Shown here: positions 11,729 to 21,405 of the stretch, one piece after another
How positions within the stretch are numbered: the stretch's first letter is position 1
Layout: each line of letters starts with the position of its first letter
Source of the DNA: Candidatus Aminicenantes bacterium
Lineage (GTDB): Bacteria; Acidobacteriota; Aminicenantia; Aminicenantales; Saccharicenantaceae
Direction: 5' to 3'
Length of the DNA: 64,000 nucleotides
Assembly: GCA_963754085.1 (NCBI GenBank)
Contig: CAVWFA010000003.1
Span: forward strand, 391,854 to 455,853
The notes under the pieces: generated by a model
The model's database searches: none
Told to the model about the DNA's origin: nothing
The model's input: the letters and a program-made list of their open reading frames with translations, nothing else
Position numbers and translations under genes: made by a program

Positions 11729-12949
11729 ATGAAAAAGCTATGGCTGGCGGGAGCATTGTTCTCTCTGGTCGCAGCAGGTTGCCAGACTTCCGGGGGACCT
11801 GCCGAAGCCGAAGGTCCGTTCACCGTCACTGTCTTGACGACCTCCGGTGTTCGGCTCGAGGGCGCCGTGATCGAAGGCGGCATCGATTGGGACTCTTTCG
11901 AGATCGCGACGAATTCTGAAGGCCTCGCCTCCCTGCCCGACCATGCCCGAGGGGTCAAAGCGATCATCCACCTCGACAACTATTTTCCTTTGCCCGTGAC
12001 CTTGGAAGAGCCGTTCCGGTACACCCTGACGCCAACGCCCAAGACGTTGAGGGTCCTCGGGAACGTCGAGGGATCGCTCGTGCGCGTCACTCCCGGCCGG
12101 CTGGCCACCGTGGATTATTATGGGACCTATCACCTATATGCGGTCGACGACAGCGGATCGGCCGAGATCGCATCGGCGAACGTCCCGCGGACTGTCAAAC
12201 AGACCCAGCTCATCGGCGACACTCTCTGGCTCTCCACCCACGAGGATGGCATCTTCGCCTATTCCCTGGCCGATCCGGAACATCCCTTGGAACAGCTGCA
12301 TCTGGACATTCCCGGCTACACCCCGCTCTTCGCTCTGCGCGATAATATGATCGTCGTCGGGGGCTATGCCGAGGTTTCGGCGCTCGGCGTCTACCGGTTC
12401 GAAGCGGACGGGAGCTTCGTGGAGGTCTCGCGCTTTGGCGATTACTACGTCTCGTCGATCGCCTTCGTCGAGGGATATCTTGTCGTCACCGGCTATCGCA
12501 ACGCCAATCCCCGCGTCTACTCTCTGGCCGACCCCTCAAACCCCGTGCTCGTGTCAGGGGGCGCCGATCCCGGATACTGGAGCGGCTTTCTGTACGGACA
12601 TCAATACATACAGATCCCCGAGTGGGACCAGATCACGGAAAGCTCCGCATTCGGCTGGCTGGACCTCGCGGATCCCTTGGTTCCCCGCAGGGCCGGCACG
12701 GTCGCGGCCGATTCGAGGTTGATCGGCATCGTCGACGACGCCACGGCCATCGGCTACTACTACACGATGGGCAACGCCCTGTCCGTTCTGAAGGGCAGCC
12801 TGGCCGCGGGTTTCCGTACGGTAGCGCTTATTTCCGAGGATCCCCATTACGATCTCAACGAGTTCGGGGGATGCGCGTCACCCTACTACGTGATCAGCCA
12901 CCGCCTCTGGCTCCTTGAAGACAGGATCATTCCGGGTCCTTCGAAATAA
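11729..12949 (+). CDS. Lipoprotein, LVIVD-like beta-propeller repeats (hypothetical)
   Basis: MKKLWLAGALFSLVAAGC lipobox signal at internal ATG 11729. Repeated motifs (IFAYSLADPEHP, LGVYRF, RVYSLADPSNP). The region is visibly lower in GC than its neighbours. Confidence 0.55.
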   Translation: MKKLWLAGALFSLVAAGCQTSGGPAEAEGPFTVTVLTTSGVRLEGAVIEGGIDWDSFEIATNSEGLASLPDHARGVKAIIHLDNYFPLPVTLEEPFRYTLTPTPKTLRVLGNVEGSLVRVTPGRLATVDYYGTYHLYAVDDSGSAEIASANVPRTVKQTQLIGDTLWLSTHEDGIFAYSLADPEHPLEQLHLDIPGYTPLFALRDNMIVVGGYAEVSALGVYRFEADGSFVEVSRFGDYYVSSIAFVEGYLVVTGYRNANPRVYSLADPSNPVLVSGGADPGYWSGFLYGHQYIQIPEWDQITESSAFGWLDLADPLVPRRAGTVAADSRLIGIVDDATAIGYYYTMGNALSVLKGSLAAGFRTVALISEDPHYDLNEFGGCASPYYVISHRLWLLEDRIIPGPSK

Positions 12950-12980
12950 ACGCTTCGGGGTCTTTCCCAGTATTCTCAAT

Positions 12981-13322
12981 ATGAGAGGATCGCCCCGGCC
13001 GTGCGCCAAGGCCGTCCTGGCGTTTTTCGGGTCTCTCTTCCTGATCGCTTTGCTGGCCGTCCCGGTGACGACGAGGACGGCCCAGGTCCGCCAGGACAAG
13101 AGCTCCAACCTGGTCTTCCGGACGACCTATCCACGGAAGGCGACCATGTTCCTCCCCTCCTATCTGGCGGCGAGGAGCCGCTCTAAAGACGCGGCGGCGG
13201 TGAAGGTCCGGGCCGCCCCATGGATCGGGACGATGGCCATCATCGCTTTCCTGGGGGTCTTTGACTACGTCGTGTTCTGCCGTTTGTGGAAGCGGAGGCG
13301 TCGCGTCCCAGACGAAGCCTGA
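12981..13322 (+). CDS. Small hypothetical membrane protein (N-terminal signal/TM plus C-terminal TM followed by KRRRR)
   Basis: 113 codons with consistently G/C-ending codons. Two hydrophobic segments. No family recognised. Confidence 0.4.
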   Translation: MRGSPRPCAKAVLAFFGSLFLIALLAVPVTTRTAQVRQDKSSNLVFRTTYPRKATMFLPSYLAARSRSKDAAAVKVRAAPWIGTMAIIAFLGVFDYVVFCRLWKRRRRVPDEA

Positions 13323-13324
13323 CC

Positions 13325-14539
13325 TCAGATCGCGCCTTCGTGCGCTATCGGCATCTCCGTGGGTCGGCCTTCCTTCCCGCCGAAGAACTCCGGTCCGCGG
13401 GGAGCGTAAAAGGCGAAAACGGCGAGCGTCAGCACCCCGGTCAAGACGAAGGGGAACCAGATGCCGATGATGTCCGAGAGGACGCCGGCGACGAGCGAGA
13501 CGAGCGCCCCCGAGAGCAGCTGGATGTTGCTGACCCAGCTGAAGGCCATGGTCTGGCCCGAGGCGGGCACGGTCGATCCGACGAACGTGTGGAGCGAAGG
13601 ATAGGTCATGAGAAGGAAGCCGCCGAAAAGAAGGAGCCCGGCGACAGCCAGGCCCTTGGTCGTGGCGAAGCCGAGCAGGAAGAGGGCCGCGGCGGCGCCG
13701 CCCAGGCTGGCCATGAAGACGGTCTTGCGGCCGAACCGGCGGCTCCAGATGCCGTAGCCGTATCCGGTGACGGTCCCCAATCCGATCCACAAGGCCAGGA
13801 ACAGGCCCGTTTGGCCCATGGGGATGCCGTGCTTGTTGTGGAGAAGCGAGGGGGCATAATAAACGGCCACCGACCAACCGGCCCCGCCGAAAAGGAACCC
13901 GGGGACGAAACGCCGGATGGCGCGGAGCGACCGCCACCAGTCGGCCAGTTTGAGGGACGGGCGCTCCTCGCTCCGTGACGAGACGCCGCGCAGGGCCCAG
14001 CTGCCGAGGCCGGCCAGAACGAGCCCGAAGACAGCCCAGACATAGAGCGGGGTCTTCCAGCCCCAGCCTTGGGCCAGGAAGCCGACCGTGAGGTAGGCCA
14101 GGCCGACGCCGAGGTTGCCCGAGCCGCTCTGGATGCCCATGGCGTCGTCGAGCTCCCGGCCCGACCCGGCCCGCGACTTGGAGATCCAGGCGATGACGAT
14201 GGGATGGTAGAAGCTGGAGAAGATGCGCAGGACCAGGAAGAACAGCAGCAGCGTCCCGAAGGACCGGGCCAAGGGGATGACGGCCAGGGTGGCGCACAGG
14301 CCGAGGCCGCTGAGGACCATGAGCGTCCGGTACTCGCTCCGGTAGGAAATGCGGACGACCAGGAACTGGACGACGAACGAGGTCAGGAGGCCGAGGTTGG
14401 ACAGGATCCCGATCTGGGCGTAGTTGGCGATGAGAACCCCCTGGGCGAGGAGGAGGGGGAAGACCATCGGCGTGACGACCGAGGCCGCGTCGTTCAGGGC
14501 GTGGAAGAGCGAGGCGGAAAGGAGGATCTGCTTCTTCAT
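13325..14539 (-). CDS. MFS transporter
   Basis: 404 aa with about 12 TM segments and MFS-type loop motifs. Confidence 0.85.
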   Translation of the reverse strand: MKKQILLSASLFHALNDAASVVTPMVFPLLLAQGVLIANYAQIGILSNLGLLTSFVVQFLVVRISYRSEYRTLMVLSGLGLCATLAVIPLARSFGTLLLFFLVLRIFSSFYHPIVIAWISKSRAGSGRELDDAMGIQSGSGNLGVGLAYLTVGFLAQGWGWKTPLYVWAVFGLVLAGLGSWALRGVSSRSEERPSLKLADWWRSLRAIRRFVPGFLFGGAGWSVAVYYAPSLLHNKHGIPMGQTGLFLALWIGLGTVTGYGYGIWSRRFGRKTVFMASLGGAAAALFLLGFATTKGLAVAGLLLFGGFLLMTYPSLHTFVGSTVPASGQTMAFSWVSNIQLLSGALVSLVAGVLSDIIGIWFPFVLTGVLTLAVFAFYAPRGPEFFGGKEGRPTEMPIAHEGAI

Positions 14540-14557
14540 GGGCCCGGACGGACCGCT

Positions 14558-15853
14558 CTAGCGTTTCTCGAAGGACTCGACGATCGACTGGTAGACGAGG
14601 GCCTTGAGCTTGGCGTGGGCGTCGCTGCCGGCCGCCGGAAGGAGCTGGGTCATGAACACGGCCACGAGCTTCTCGGCCGGGTCGACCCAGTAGGTCGTGT
14701 GGTAGGCGCCGCCCCAGCCGAAGGCCCCGACCGAGCCGGGCTCGCCGTTGTGCCCGAGCTCCTTCGTCACCCAGAAGCCGAGGCCGAAGCCATTGCCGCC
14801 GCCGCGGTAGAGCGGCCCGCAGTGGTCGACCGTCATGAGCTGGACCGATTTCGGGCTGAGGATGTGGACGCCGCCCCACTCCCCGCCGCTCTGGAGCATG
14901 AGCAGGAACCGGGCGTAGTCCTCGGCGGTCGAGAGCAGGCCGGCCCCGCCGGCGTAGCACGTCCGCGGGCCCTTGACGTAGGCGGCGTCCTTGGGGTCGT
15001 CGACGAGGGCCGCCTTGCCGTCCGCGCCGATGCCGTAGACCGCGCTCAGGCGGCCGGCCTTCTCCTCGGGCAGGAAAAAGGAGGTGTCGGCCATCGCCAG
15101 CGGCTCGGTGATCCTCTTGCGGACGAAATCGGCCAGGCTCATCCCCGACACGACCTCGACGAGGTAGCCGAGGATGTCGGTGTTGTAGCCGTAGATGAAC
15201 TCCTCGCCGGGCTGGGCGTCGAAGGGGAGCTTGGCCAGCCGCTTGATGACCTCGCCGACGGGCTCGGCCCGGTCGGCCAGGAACCAGCCCTGGATCCCGG
15301 CCTGCTTGTAGAGGTCCTTGGCCGGGCCGTCGCCGTAGGAGACGCCGGAGGTGTGGGTCAGGAGGTCGCGGACGGTGATCTGACGCTTGGCCGAGACGAT
15401 CGTGTAGCCCGGTCCCGTCTTCCCTTTTTCCATCTTGACCGGGACGGCGACCGTCGTCGTCCTGAATTCGGGGATGTATTTCGAGACGGGATCGCCGAGC
15501 AGGAGCTTGCCCTCTTCGAACAGGATCATGACCGCGACGCTGGTCACGGCCTTGGTCTGCGAGGCGATGCGGAAGACGGCATCGGTCGGCATCGCGGCGC
15601 CCGTCCTCGGATCGAGCGTCCCGAAGGCCTGGAGGTAGGCCACCTTGCCGCTCCGGGCGACGAGCGTCACCGCCCCGCCGAGCCGGCCCTCGTCGACATA
15701 CTTCTGCATGACCTCGCCGATCCGGGCCAGGCGCTCCGTCGACAGACCGACGATCTCCGGGCGGACCCGGGGCAGGTCGGCGGCGAGAAGCGGCAGGGCC
15801 AGTCCGAGCAGGACGGCTAATATCAAGAATCTATACGATTTCGTGCGGCTCAT
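14558..15853 (-). CDS. Exported serine hydrolase, beta-lactamase/transpeptidase-like (class C-type)
   Basis: S-x-x-K motif FRIASQTKAVT. Signal peptide after the internal ATG at 15853 (GGGAGG RBS); the upstream extension to 15907 overlaps the neighbouring gene. Confidence 0.85.
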   Translation of the reverse strand: MSRTKSYRFLILAVLLGLALPLLAADLPRVRPEIVGLSTERLARIGEVMQKYVDEGRLGGAVTLVARSGKVAYLQAFGTLDPRTGAAMPTDAVFRIASQTKAVTSVAVMILFEEGKLLLGDPVSKYIPEFRTTTVAVPVKMEKGKTGPGYTIVSAKRQITVRDLLTHTSGVSYGDGPAKDLYKQAGIQGWFLADRAEPVGEVIKRLAKLPFDAQPGEEFIYGYNTDILGYLVEVVSGMSLADFVRKRITEPLAMADTSFFLPEEKAGRLSAVYGIGADGKAALVDDPKDAAYVKGPRTCYAGGAGLLSTAEDYARFLLMLQSGGEWGGVHILSPKSVQLMTVDHCGPLYRGGGNGFGLGFWVTKELGHNGEPGSVGAFGWGGAYHTTYWVDPAEKLVAVFMTQLLPAAGSDAHAKLKALVYQSIVESFEKR

Positions 15854-15881
15854 GCGGACCTCCCTCATTGGCGGCATTACT

Positions 15882-18800
15882 CTATCCACTAAAACGGTGA
15901 CACACAACTAATACACAATTCCGCGTATCGCCACGGGCACATGTCCTCCGGCCCCGTATGCGCCGTTCGTTTAGTTCTTGATCTATGTCCCGAATATACG
16001 GCACGCCTTTGGCGGCCAGCAGCTTGTTGAGCTCCGGAATGTCCTTCTCGGCGATGTCCTTCATCTTGGCGAACAGCGGCTCGGCGAAGGCCTTGAGGTC
16101 GGCCAGCTGATCGATCATGGTCTGCGTCGGCGCGCCCATGCCGGCCGCGCCCCGGCCCGCGCCCGTGACCAGCTCGGCCGCTGTGCCGCCGCGGAAGGCG
16201 ACGAAAAGCGGTTTCCGGTAGAAGCCCTGGTCCGGCGGGCTCACGGCGAACACGGCCTTGATGGCGTCGACCCTGTCTTTGACGGCCTTGACCCGGGCCG
16301 CGAGCTCGGCATCGCCCGGCTTCATTCCCGCGACCCGGCCGGCCACGTCATCGAGCTGCTTCGCCGTCGCGTCGAGCTGGGCGAGGAGCTCGCGTCCGCG
16401 GCGGGCCAGGTCCTGGGAGTCGCGGGCGAACGTTTGTCCGGCCAGCCGGTCCTCCGCCGTGAAGCCCTGGTCCGGGTCCTCGAGCACCTTGAACGGCGCC
16501 TCCATCTTCCGGCCGCCGACCTCGAGGACCGCCTTGTATTCGCCCGGCAGGGCGTAGGGAGCCAGGCCGGACATGGCCCGCCGGCCGCCGCCGCGCCCCT
16601 CCCCCGGCTCGGGGGATGCCGAGGCCGCGCCGCCGCGCAGGTTCCAGTAGACGCGGTTGAGGCCGGGCTCCTTGGTCATGAACGGCGTCGCGACCTCGCG
16701 GCCGGCCTGGTCCTGGATGGAGAGCTTGATCGACCCCGAGCCGAGGACCGATTTGTTGAGGTAGTAGCTCACGGCCGCGCCGAACGGCGCGTTCGGGCCG
16801 GCGAAGCCGGTGTCGCTGTAGTTGTCGACGGTGGTCTTGTACGAGAAGAGCACGGCGTCCCCGACGCCGAAGAGGATGGCGTCGGACTTGACGGCCTCGG
16901 CCGTCAGCCCCTCGAGCGGCCGGATGTCGTCGACGATCCAGACGCCCCGGCCGTGCGTGCCGATGACGAGATCGTGCTCGCGCGGGTGGATCTGGATGTC
17001 GCGGACGGCCACGGTCGGGAAGTCGCCCTTGTACGGGATCCACTTCCGCCCGCCGTCTCCGCTGATGAACAGCCCGAACTCGCTGCCGACGAAGAGGAGG
17101 TTCCGATTGGACGGGCTCTCGCGCACGGTGTGGAGGTAGCCGTATCCGGGCAGGTCGCCGCGGAGCGACACCCAGGTCTTGCCGAAGTCCTCGCTCTTGA
17201 AGATGTAGGGCTGATAGTCCGCGACCTGGTGGCGCGAAACGGTCAGATAGACCCCGCCTTCGACGAAGTGGGAGGCCTCGATCCGGGTCACCCAGTTGTC
17301 GCTCGCGGCGAAGCCCTTGATGGCCGCGGTCACGTTCTCCCAGGTCGTGCCGCCGTCGCGGGTGAGCTGGACCTGGCCGTCGTCCGTGCCGACCCAGAGG
17401 ACGCCGGCCTTGAGCGGCGACTCGGCGATGCTCAGGATGGTGCAGTGGTTCTCCGCCCCGGTGTTGTCGACGGTCAGGCCGCCCGAGTCCTTGAGCTTGG
17501 CCGGGTCGTTGGTCGTCAGGTCCGGGCTGGCCTTGGTCCACGAAGAGCCCCGGTCGGTCGATCTGAACAGGAAGTTGCCGCCGAAGTAGAGGACGTTCCG
17601 GTCGTGGCGGGACAGGTAGATCGGCGAGTTCCAATTGAACCGGTAGGGCGGCTCGCCGAGCGGGGCCTCCGGGCGGACGCGCACGGATTCCCCGGTCTTG
17701 AGGTTGTGGCGCTCGATGCCGCCCATCTGGAGGTTGCGGAACATGATCCACCAGTCGACGGGATCGAACTGGGCGTAGTAGCCGTCGCCGCCGCCGGTCG
17801 GGACCCACTGCGAGTTGAAGATGCCGGCCCGCTCGCGGGTGTCGGAGGGGCCGAGCCAGTTGCCGTTGTCCTGGAGGCCGACGTCGAGCCAGTAGGGGTC
17901 GCGCATGTCGAGGCCGATGTTGTAGACCTCGGCCCAGGGCTGTGCGGCGACGCCGAGGGCCCGCTTGCCGCCGTCCCAGGAGATGTCGATGCCGCCGTCG
18001 TTGCCGTCGATGACGTGCTTGGGGTCATGGGGGTCGACCCAGACGGCGTGGTGGTCGGGGTGGGCCCCGGTGAAGACCTGGGTGAAGGTCTTGCCGGCGT
18101 CGCGGCTGACGTAGCACGAGCCCGAGTAGACGTAGACGACGAGCTCGTTGGTCGGATCGACCGTCAGGCGGCTGTAGTAGAAAGGCCGGAAGTTGACCTG
18201 GTCGTAGGTCGCCTTGTCGCAGGCCCGGCGCCAGCTGCGGCCCTTGTCCTCGGAGCGGAAAAGCCCGCCGGCGGCCGCCTCGACCAGGGCGTAGACGACG
18301 TTCGGATTGGAGCGGGCCACGCCGAGCCCGATGCGGCCGTAGGGGCCGGAGGGCAGGCCGTCCGCGGTCAGGGCCCAGGTCTCGCCGCCGTCGGTCGTGC
18401 GGTAGATGCCGCTGCCGGGCCCGCCGCTCCGGAAATAGTACGGCCAGCGGCGGTGCTCCCACAGGCCGGCATAGAGGATCTTCGAGTTCGAGGGATCGAT
18501 GGCCAGGTCGCAGGCCCCGGTCTCGGGATTGACGTAGAGGACCTTCGTCCAGGTCTTGCCGCCGTCGGTCGTCCGGTAGACGCCGCGCTCCTCGTTCGGT
18601 CCCCAGAGGTGGCCCTGGGCGGCGACGTGGACGATGTCGGGATCGGCCGGGTCGATGACGATGCGGCTGATGAAGCGGGTCTCGGGCAGGCCCATATTCT
18701 TCCAGGTCTTGCCGGAGTCCTCGGACTTGTAGACGCCGTCGCCGGGCGCCACGGAATTGCGGGCCGTGGCCTCGCCGGTGCCGACCCAGACGATATCGGG

Positions 18801-19154
18801 GTGGCTCGGCGAGACGGCCACCGCGCCGACCGCGACCGTCGCTTCCTTGTGGAAGGAGGGGGCCCAGTTCAGCCCGGCATCCTCGGACTTCCACAGCCCG
18901 CTCGGCCCCACCGCGGCGTAGATCGTCGAGACGTTCGTCTCGGGGACGGCGAAGTCGACCGTCCGGCCGCCCATGTTGGCCGGGCCGATATTGCGGGCCT
19001 TGAGCTGCTTGACCACGGCGGCGTAATCGAACGCCTCGGTCTTCGCGGCGGGCGCCGCCGCCTTCTTCGCCTGGGCCCGCCCGGGCGCGGCGGCCAGCAG
19101 CGGGAGAGCGATGAGAGCCGAGAGGACGAGGCCGAGGGATCGGGACGAACGCAT
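15882..19154 (-). CDS. Secreted BNR/Asp-box repeat protein (sortilin/VPS10-like double propeller)
   Basis: 1090 aa with a signal peptide and at least 10 Asp-boxes (SEDAGLNW, SEDSGKTW, TTDGGKTW, STDRGSSW, SEDFGKTW ...). Confidence 0.85.
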   Translation of the reverse strand: MRSSRSLGLVLSALIALPLLAAAPGRAQAKKAAAPAAKTEAFDYAAVVKQLKARNIGPANMGGRTVDFAVPETNVSTIYAAVGPSGLWKSEDAGLNWAPSFHKEATVAVGAVAVSPSHPDIVWVGTGEATARNSVAPGDGVYKSEDSGKTWKNMGLPETRFISRIVIDPADPDIVHVAAQGHLWGPNEERGVYRTTDGGKTWTKVLYVNPETGACDLAIDPSNSKILYAGLWEHRRWPYYFRSGGPGSGIYRTTDGGETWALTADGLPSGPYGRIGLGVARSNPNVVYALVEAAAGGLFRSEDKGRSWRRACDKATYDQVNFRPFYYSRLTVDPTNELVVYVYSGSCYVSRDAGKTFTQVFTGAHPDHHAVWVDPHDPKHVIDGNDGGIDISWDGGKRALGVAAQPWAEVYNIGLDMRDPYWLDVGLQDNGNWLGPSDTRERAGIFNSQWVPTGGGDGYYAQFDPVDWWIMFRNLQMGGIERHNLKTGESVRVRPEAPLGEPPYRFNWNSPIYLSRHDRNVLYFGGNFLFRSTDRGSSWTKASPDLTTNDPAKLKDSGGLTVDNTGAENHCTILSIAESPLKAGVLWVGTDDGQVQLTRDGGTTWENVTAAIKGFAASDNWVTRIEASHFVEGGVYLTVSRHQVADYQPYIFKSEDFGKTWVSLRGDLPGYGYLHTVRESPSNRNLLFVGSEFGLFISGDGGRKWIPYKGDFPTVAVRDIQIHPREHDLVIGTHGRGVWIVDDIRPLEGLTAEAVKSDAILFGVGDAVLFSYKTTVDNYSDTGFAGPNAPFGAAVSYYLNKSVLGSGSIKLSIQDQAGREVATPFMTKEPGLNRVYWNLRGGAASASPEPGEGRGGGRRAMSGLAPYALPGEYKAVLEVGGRKMEAPFKVLEDPDQGFTAEDRLAGQTFARDSQDLARRGRELLAQLDATAKQLDDVAGRVAGMKPGDAELAARVKAVKDRVDAIKAVFAVSPPDQGFYRKPLFVAFRGGTAAELVTGAGRGAAGMGAPTQTMIDQLADLKAFAEPLFAKMKDIAEKDIPELNKLLAAKGVPYIRDIDQELNERRIRGRRTCARGDTRNCVLVVCHRFSG

Positions 19155-19185
19155 GGGGACCTCCTTCGCGGGGCTGATGAGCTTG

Positions 19186-19215
19186 CTTATATCAGATTCG
19201 CCGCGGCCGGGTCAA
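19186..19215 (-). promoter_or_regulatory. Candidate sigma70 promoter for the BNR gene (TTGACC-N18-TATAAG on the minus strand)
   Basis: Reverse complement of 19210-19215 is TTGACC and of 19186-19191 is TATAAG. GAAGGAGG RBS before ATG 19154. Confidence 0.35.
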
Positions 19216-19562
19216 AGCATCTCGGCATACGCCGTCCTCAAGCCCGCGAGCGGCCGGATCAAAGGGCCGAAGGCATCATCGGAGGAGCTCAGCAGGACGG
19301 TGGCGCAGGGGCGATTCCCGGAGACGGCCGAGAAGTGTTGAGCGGGCACGCAAGCCCGAGCGGCGGGAAGCGGATCGAAGCCCTGCAGAAGCGGCCGGCA
19401 CCCGGGCCGCGAGCGACCGACGGAGCAGGCGTCCTGCCGAAATCACCGCAGCGAACGCAGATGATGCCGAGGCCCCAAGCGCCCGCGCGTCTTGTTTCGA
19501 CGGCATTCTCCATATAATTGGCGGGCCATGCGCCAGGCGTCTTTCGCGAAAGGACGATAACC

Positions 19563-21389
19563 ATGCACCTTGCGCTGATCGACTGGATCATCGTCGCGTT
19601 CATCCTGCTCATCTGCTTCGGGCCCGCCCTGTTCTTCCGCAAGCGGTCGGGCAAGAGCACCTCGGAGTTCTTCGGTTCGGGCCGCGCCGTTCCGTGGTGG
19701 CTGGCCGGCCTGTCCATGGTGGCCACGACGTTCAGCAGCGACACGCCGAACCTGGTCACCGACATCGTCCGCCGCAACGGCGTCGCCGGCAACTGGGTCT
19801 GGTGGGCCTTCACCCTGACCGGCGTCGCGACGGTCTTCTTTTATGCCCGGATGTGGCGCCGGTCCGAGGTCCTGACCGACCTCGAGTTCTACGAGCTCCG
19901 CTATTCGGGCAAGGCCGCCAGCGTCGTCCGCGGCTTCCGCTCGGTCTACCTCGGCTTCCTCTTCAACTGCATCATCATGGCCACGGTCAACCTGGCCGCC
20001 TGCAAGATCGCCGCCGTCCTCTTCGGGTTCGACCGCTGGCAGACCCTCCTCTTCGTCGGCCTGCTCAACGTCGTCTTCGCCGCGGTCACGGGTCTCTGGG
20101 GCGTCCTGGTCATCGACATGATCCAGTTCTTCGTCAAGATGACCGCCGTCATCGCCGCGGCCTACTTCGCCGTCCGGGCCGTCGGCGGCATGCCGGCCCT
20201 CATCTCGAAGCTCTCGGCGACGCCCGGCCCCGGCGGCATCAACTTCCTGAGCATGCTGCCGAACTTCAAGAGCAACTGGGACCTGGCCATCGCCATCTTC
20301 ATCATGCCCCTGGCCGTCCAGTGGTGGGCGGTCTGGTATCCCGGGGCCGAGCCCGGCGGCGGCAGCTATATCGCCCAGCGCATGCTGGCCTCGAAGTCGG
20401 AGAAGGACTCGCTCAGCGCGGTCCTCTTCTTCAACATCGCCCACTACGTCCTGCGGCCCTGGCCCTGGATCCTCGTCGGCCTGGCCTCGATCGTCGTCTT
20501 CCCGCAGCTATCGGACATCCAGAAGGCGTTTCCCCATCTCGATCCCAGCCTCATCGGCCACGACATCGCCTATCCGGCCATGCTCAAGTTCCTGCCGGTC
20601 GGCTTCATCGGCCTGATGGTCGGCGGGCTCATCGCGGCCAACTCTTCGACCAACCTGACCCACCTCAACTGGGGCGCCTCCTATCTCGTCCACGATTTCT
20701 ACCGCCGCTTCATCAACAGGACGGCCAGCGAAAAGCACTACGTCCTGGTCGGCCGCCTGGCCACGATCCTCCTGTTCTTCTCCGGCGCCGCGCTCGTCTT
20801 CGTCCTGGACACGGCCAAGGACTCGTTCGACATCATCCTCCAGGTCGGGGCCGGGACAGGCCTGCTCTACCTCGTCCGCTGGTTCTGGTGGCGGGTCAAC
20901 GCCTGGTGCGAGGTCAATGCCATGATCTCGTCGTTCGTTTTCTCCATCACGCTTCTCGTCCTGCGCAAATTCGGCCTCTTCATCCCGACCCATTACGCCC
21001 TCATTCTGACGATCGTCGTGACGACGATCAGCTGGATGCTGACCGCCTATCTCGGACCGCAGACGGACCGGGCCCAGCTCGTCGCCTTCTACAAGAAGGT
21101 CCGGCCGTTCGGCCCGGGCTGGAAGGCCGTCCGCAAGGAGGCGGGGATCAGCGAGGCCGACGCCAAAGCGAGCCACGAGAGCTTCCCGGTGGCTCTCGTC
21201 GGGTGGGTCTCCGGGTCGCTGACGATCTGGTCGGCGCTGTTCACGGTCGGGAACGTCCTCTACGGCCGGTGGATCTACGCGAGCGTGCTCTTCGTCGTGT
21301 TCGCGGCCAGCGGCTACGTCCTGCTCAGGGTCATCAACCGGCTCTGGGCCAAGGGGCCGAGCGGCGACAAGGCCCCGGCCGCGGGCTGA
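19563..21389 (+). CDS. Sodium:solute symporter (SSS) family transporter
   Basis: About 13 TM segments. Typical SSS N-terminus (DWIIVAFILLI..GKSTSEFF.SGR.VPWW) from internal ATG 19563. Confidence 0.9.
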   Translation: MHLALIDWIIVAFILLICFGPALFFRKRSGKSTSEFFGSGRAVPWWLAGLSMVATTFSSDTPNLVTDIVRRNGVAGNWVWWAFTLTGVATVFFYARMWRRSEVLTDLEFYELRYSGKAASVVRGFRSVYLGFLFNCIIMATVNLAACKIAAVLFGFDRWQTLLFVGLLNVVFAAVTGLWGVLVIDMIQFFVKMTAVIAAAYFAVRAVGGMPALISKLSATPGPGGINFLSMLPNFKSNWDLAIAIFIMPLAVQWWAVWYPGAEPGGGSYIAQRMLASKSEKDSLSAVLFFNIAHYVLRPWPWILVGLASIVVFPQLSDIQKAFPHLDPSLIGHDIAYPAMLKFLPVGFIGLMVGGLIAANSSTNLTHLNWGASYLVHDFYRRFINRTASEKHYVLVGRLATILLFFSGAALVFVLDTAKDSFDIILQVGAGTGLLYLVRWFWWRVNAWCEVNAMISSFVFSITLLVLRKFGLFIPTHYALILTIVVTTISWMLTAYLGPQTDRAQLVAFYKKVRPFGPGWKAVRKEAGISEADAKASHESFPVALVGWVSGSLTIWSALFTVGNVLYGRWIYASVLFVVFAASGYVLLRVINRLWAKGPSGDKAPAAG

Positions 21390-21405
21390 GTTCCGGCCGG
21401 AAGAG

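Noticed and set aside
15978-19517. Very long antisense or out-of-frame ORFs. Examples: 15978..19517 (+, 1179 aa), 3300..4856 (-), 5415..7085 (-), 5531..7174 (+), 7380..8630 (+), 12927..14960 (-), 24236..26542 (-), 34273..35928 (-), 49863..51791 (+), 38573..40048 (-).
   Set aside because: They overlap genes with clear family motifs. Their translations are Arg/Gly/Pro/Ala/Asp-rich low-complexity sequence with no motifs. This is the expected artefact of stop-codon-poor alternative frames in high-GC DNA.
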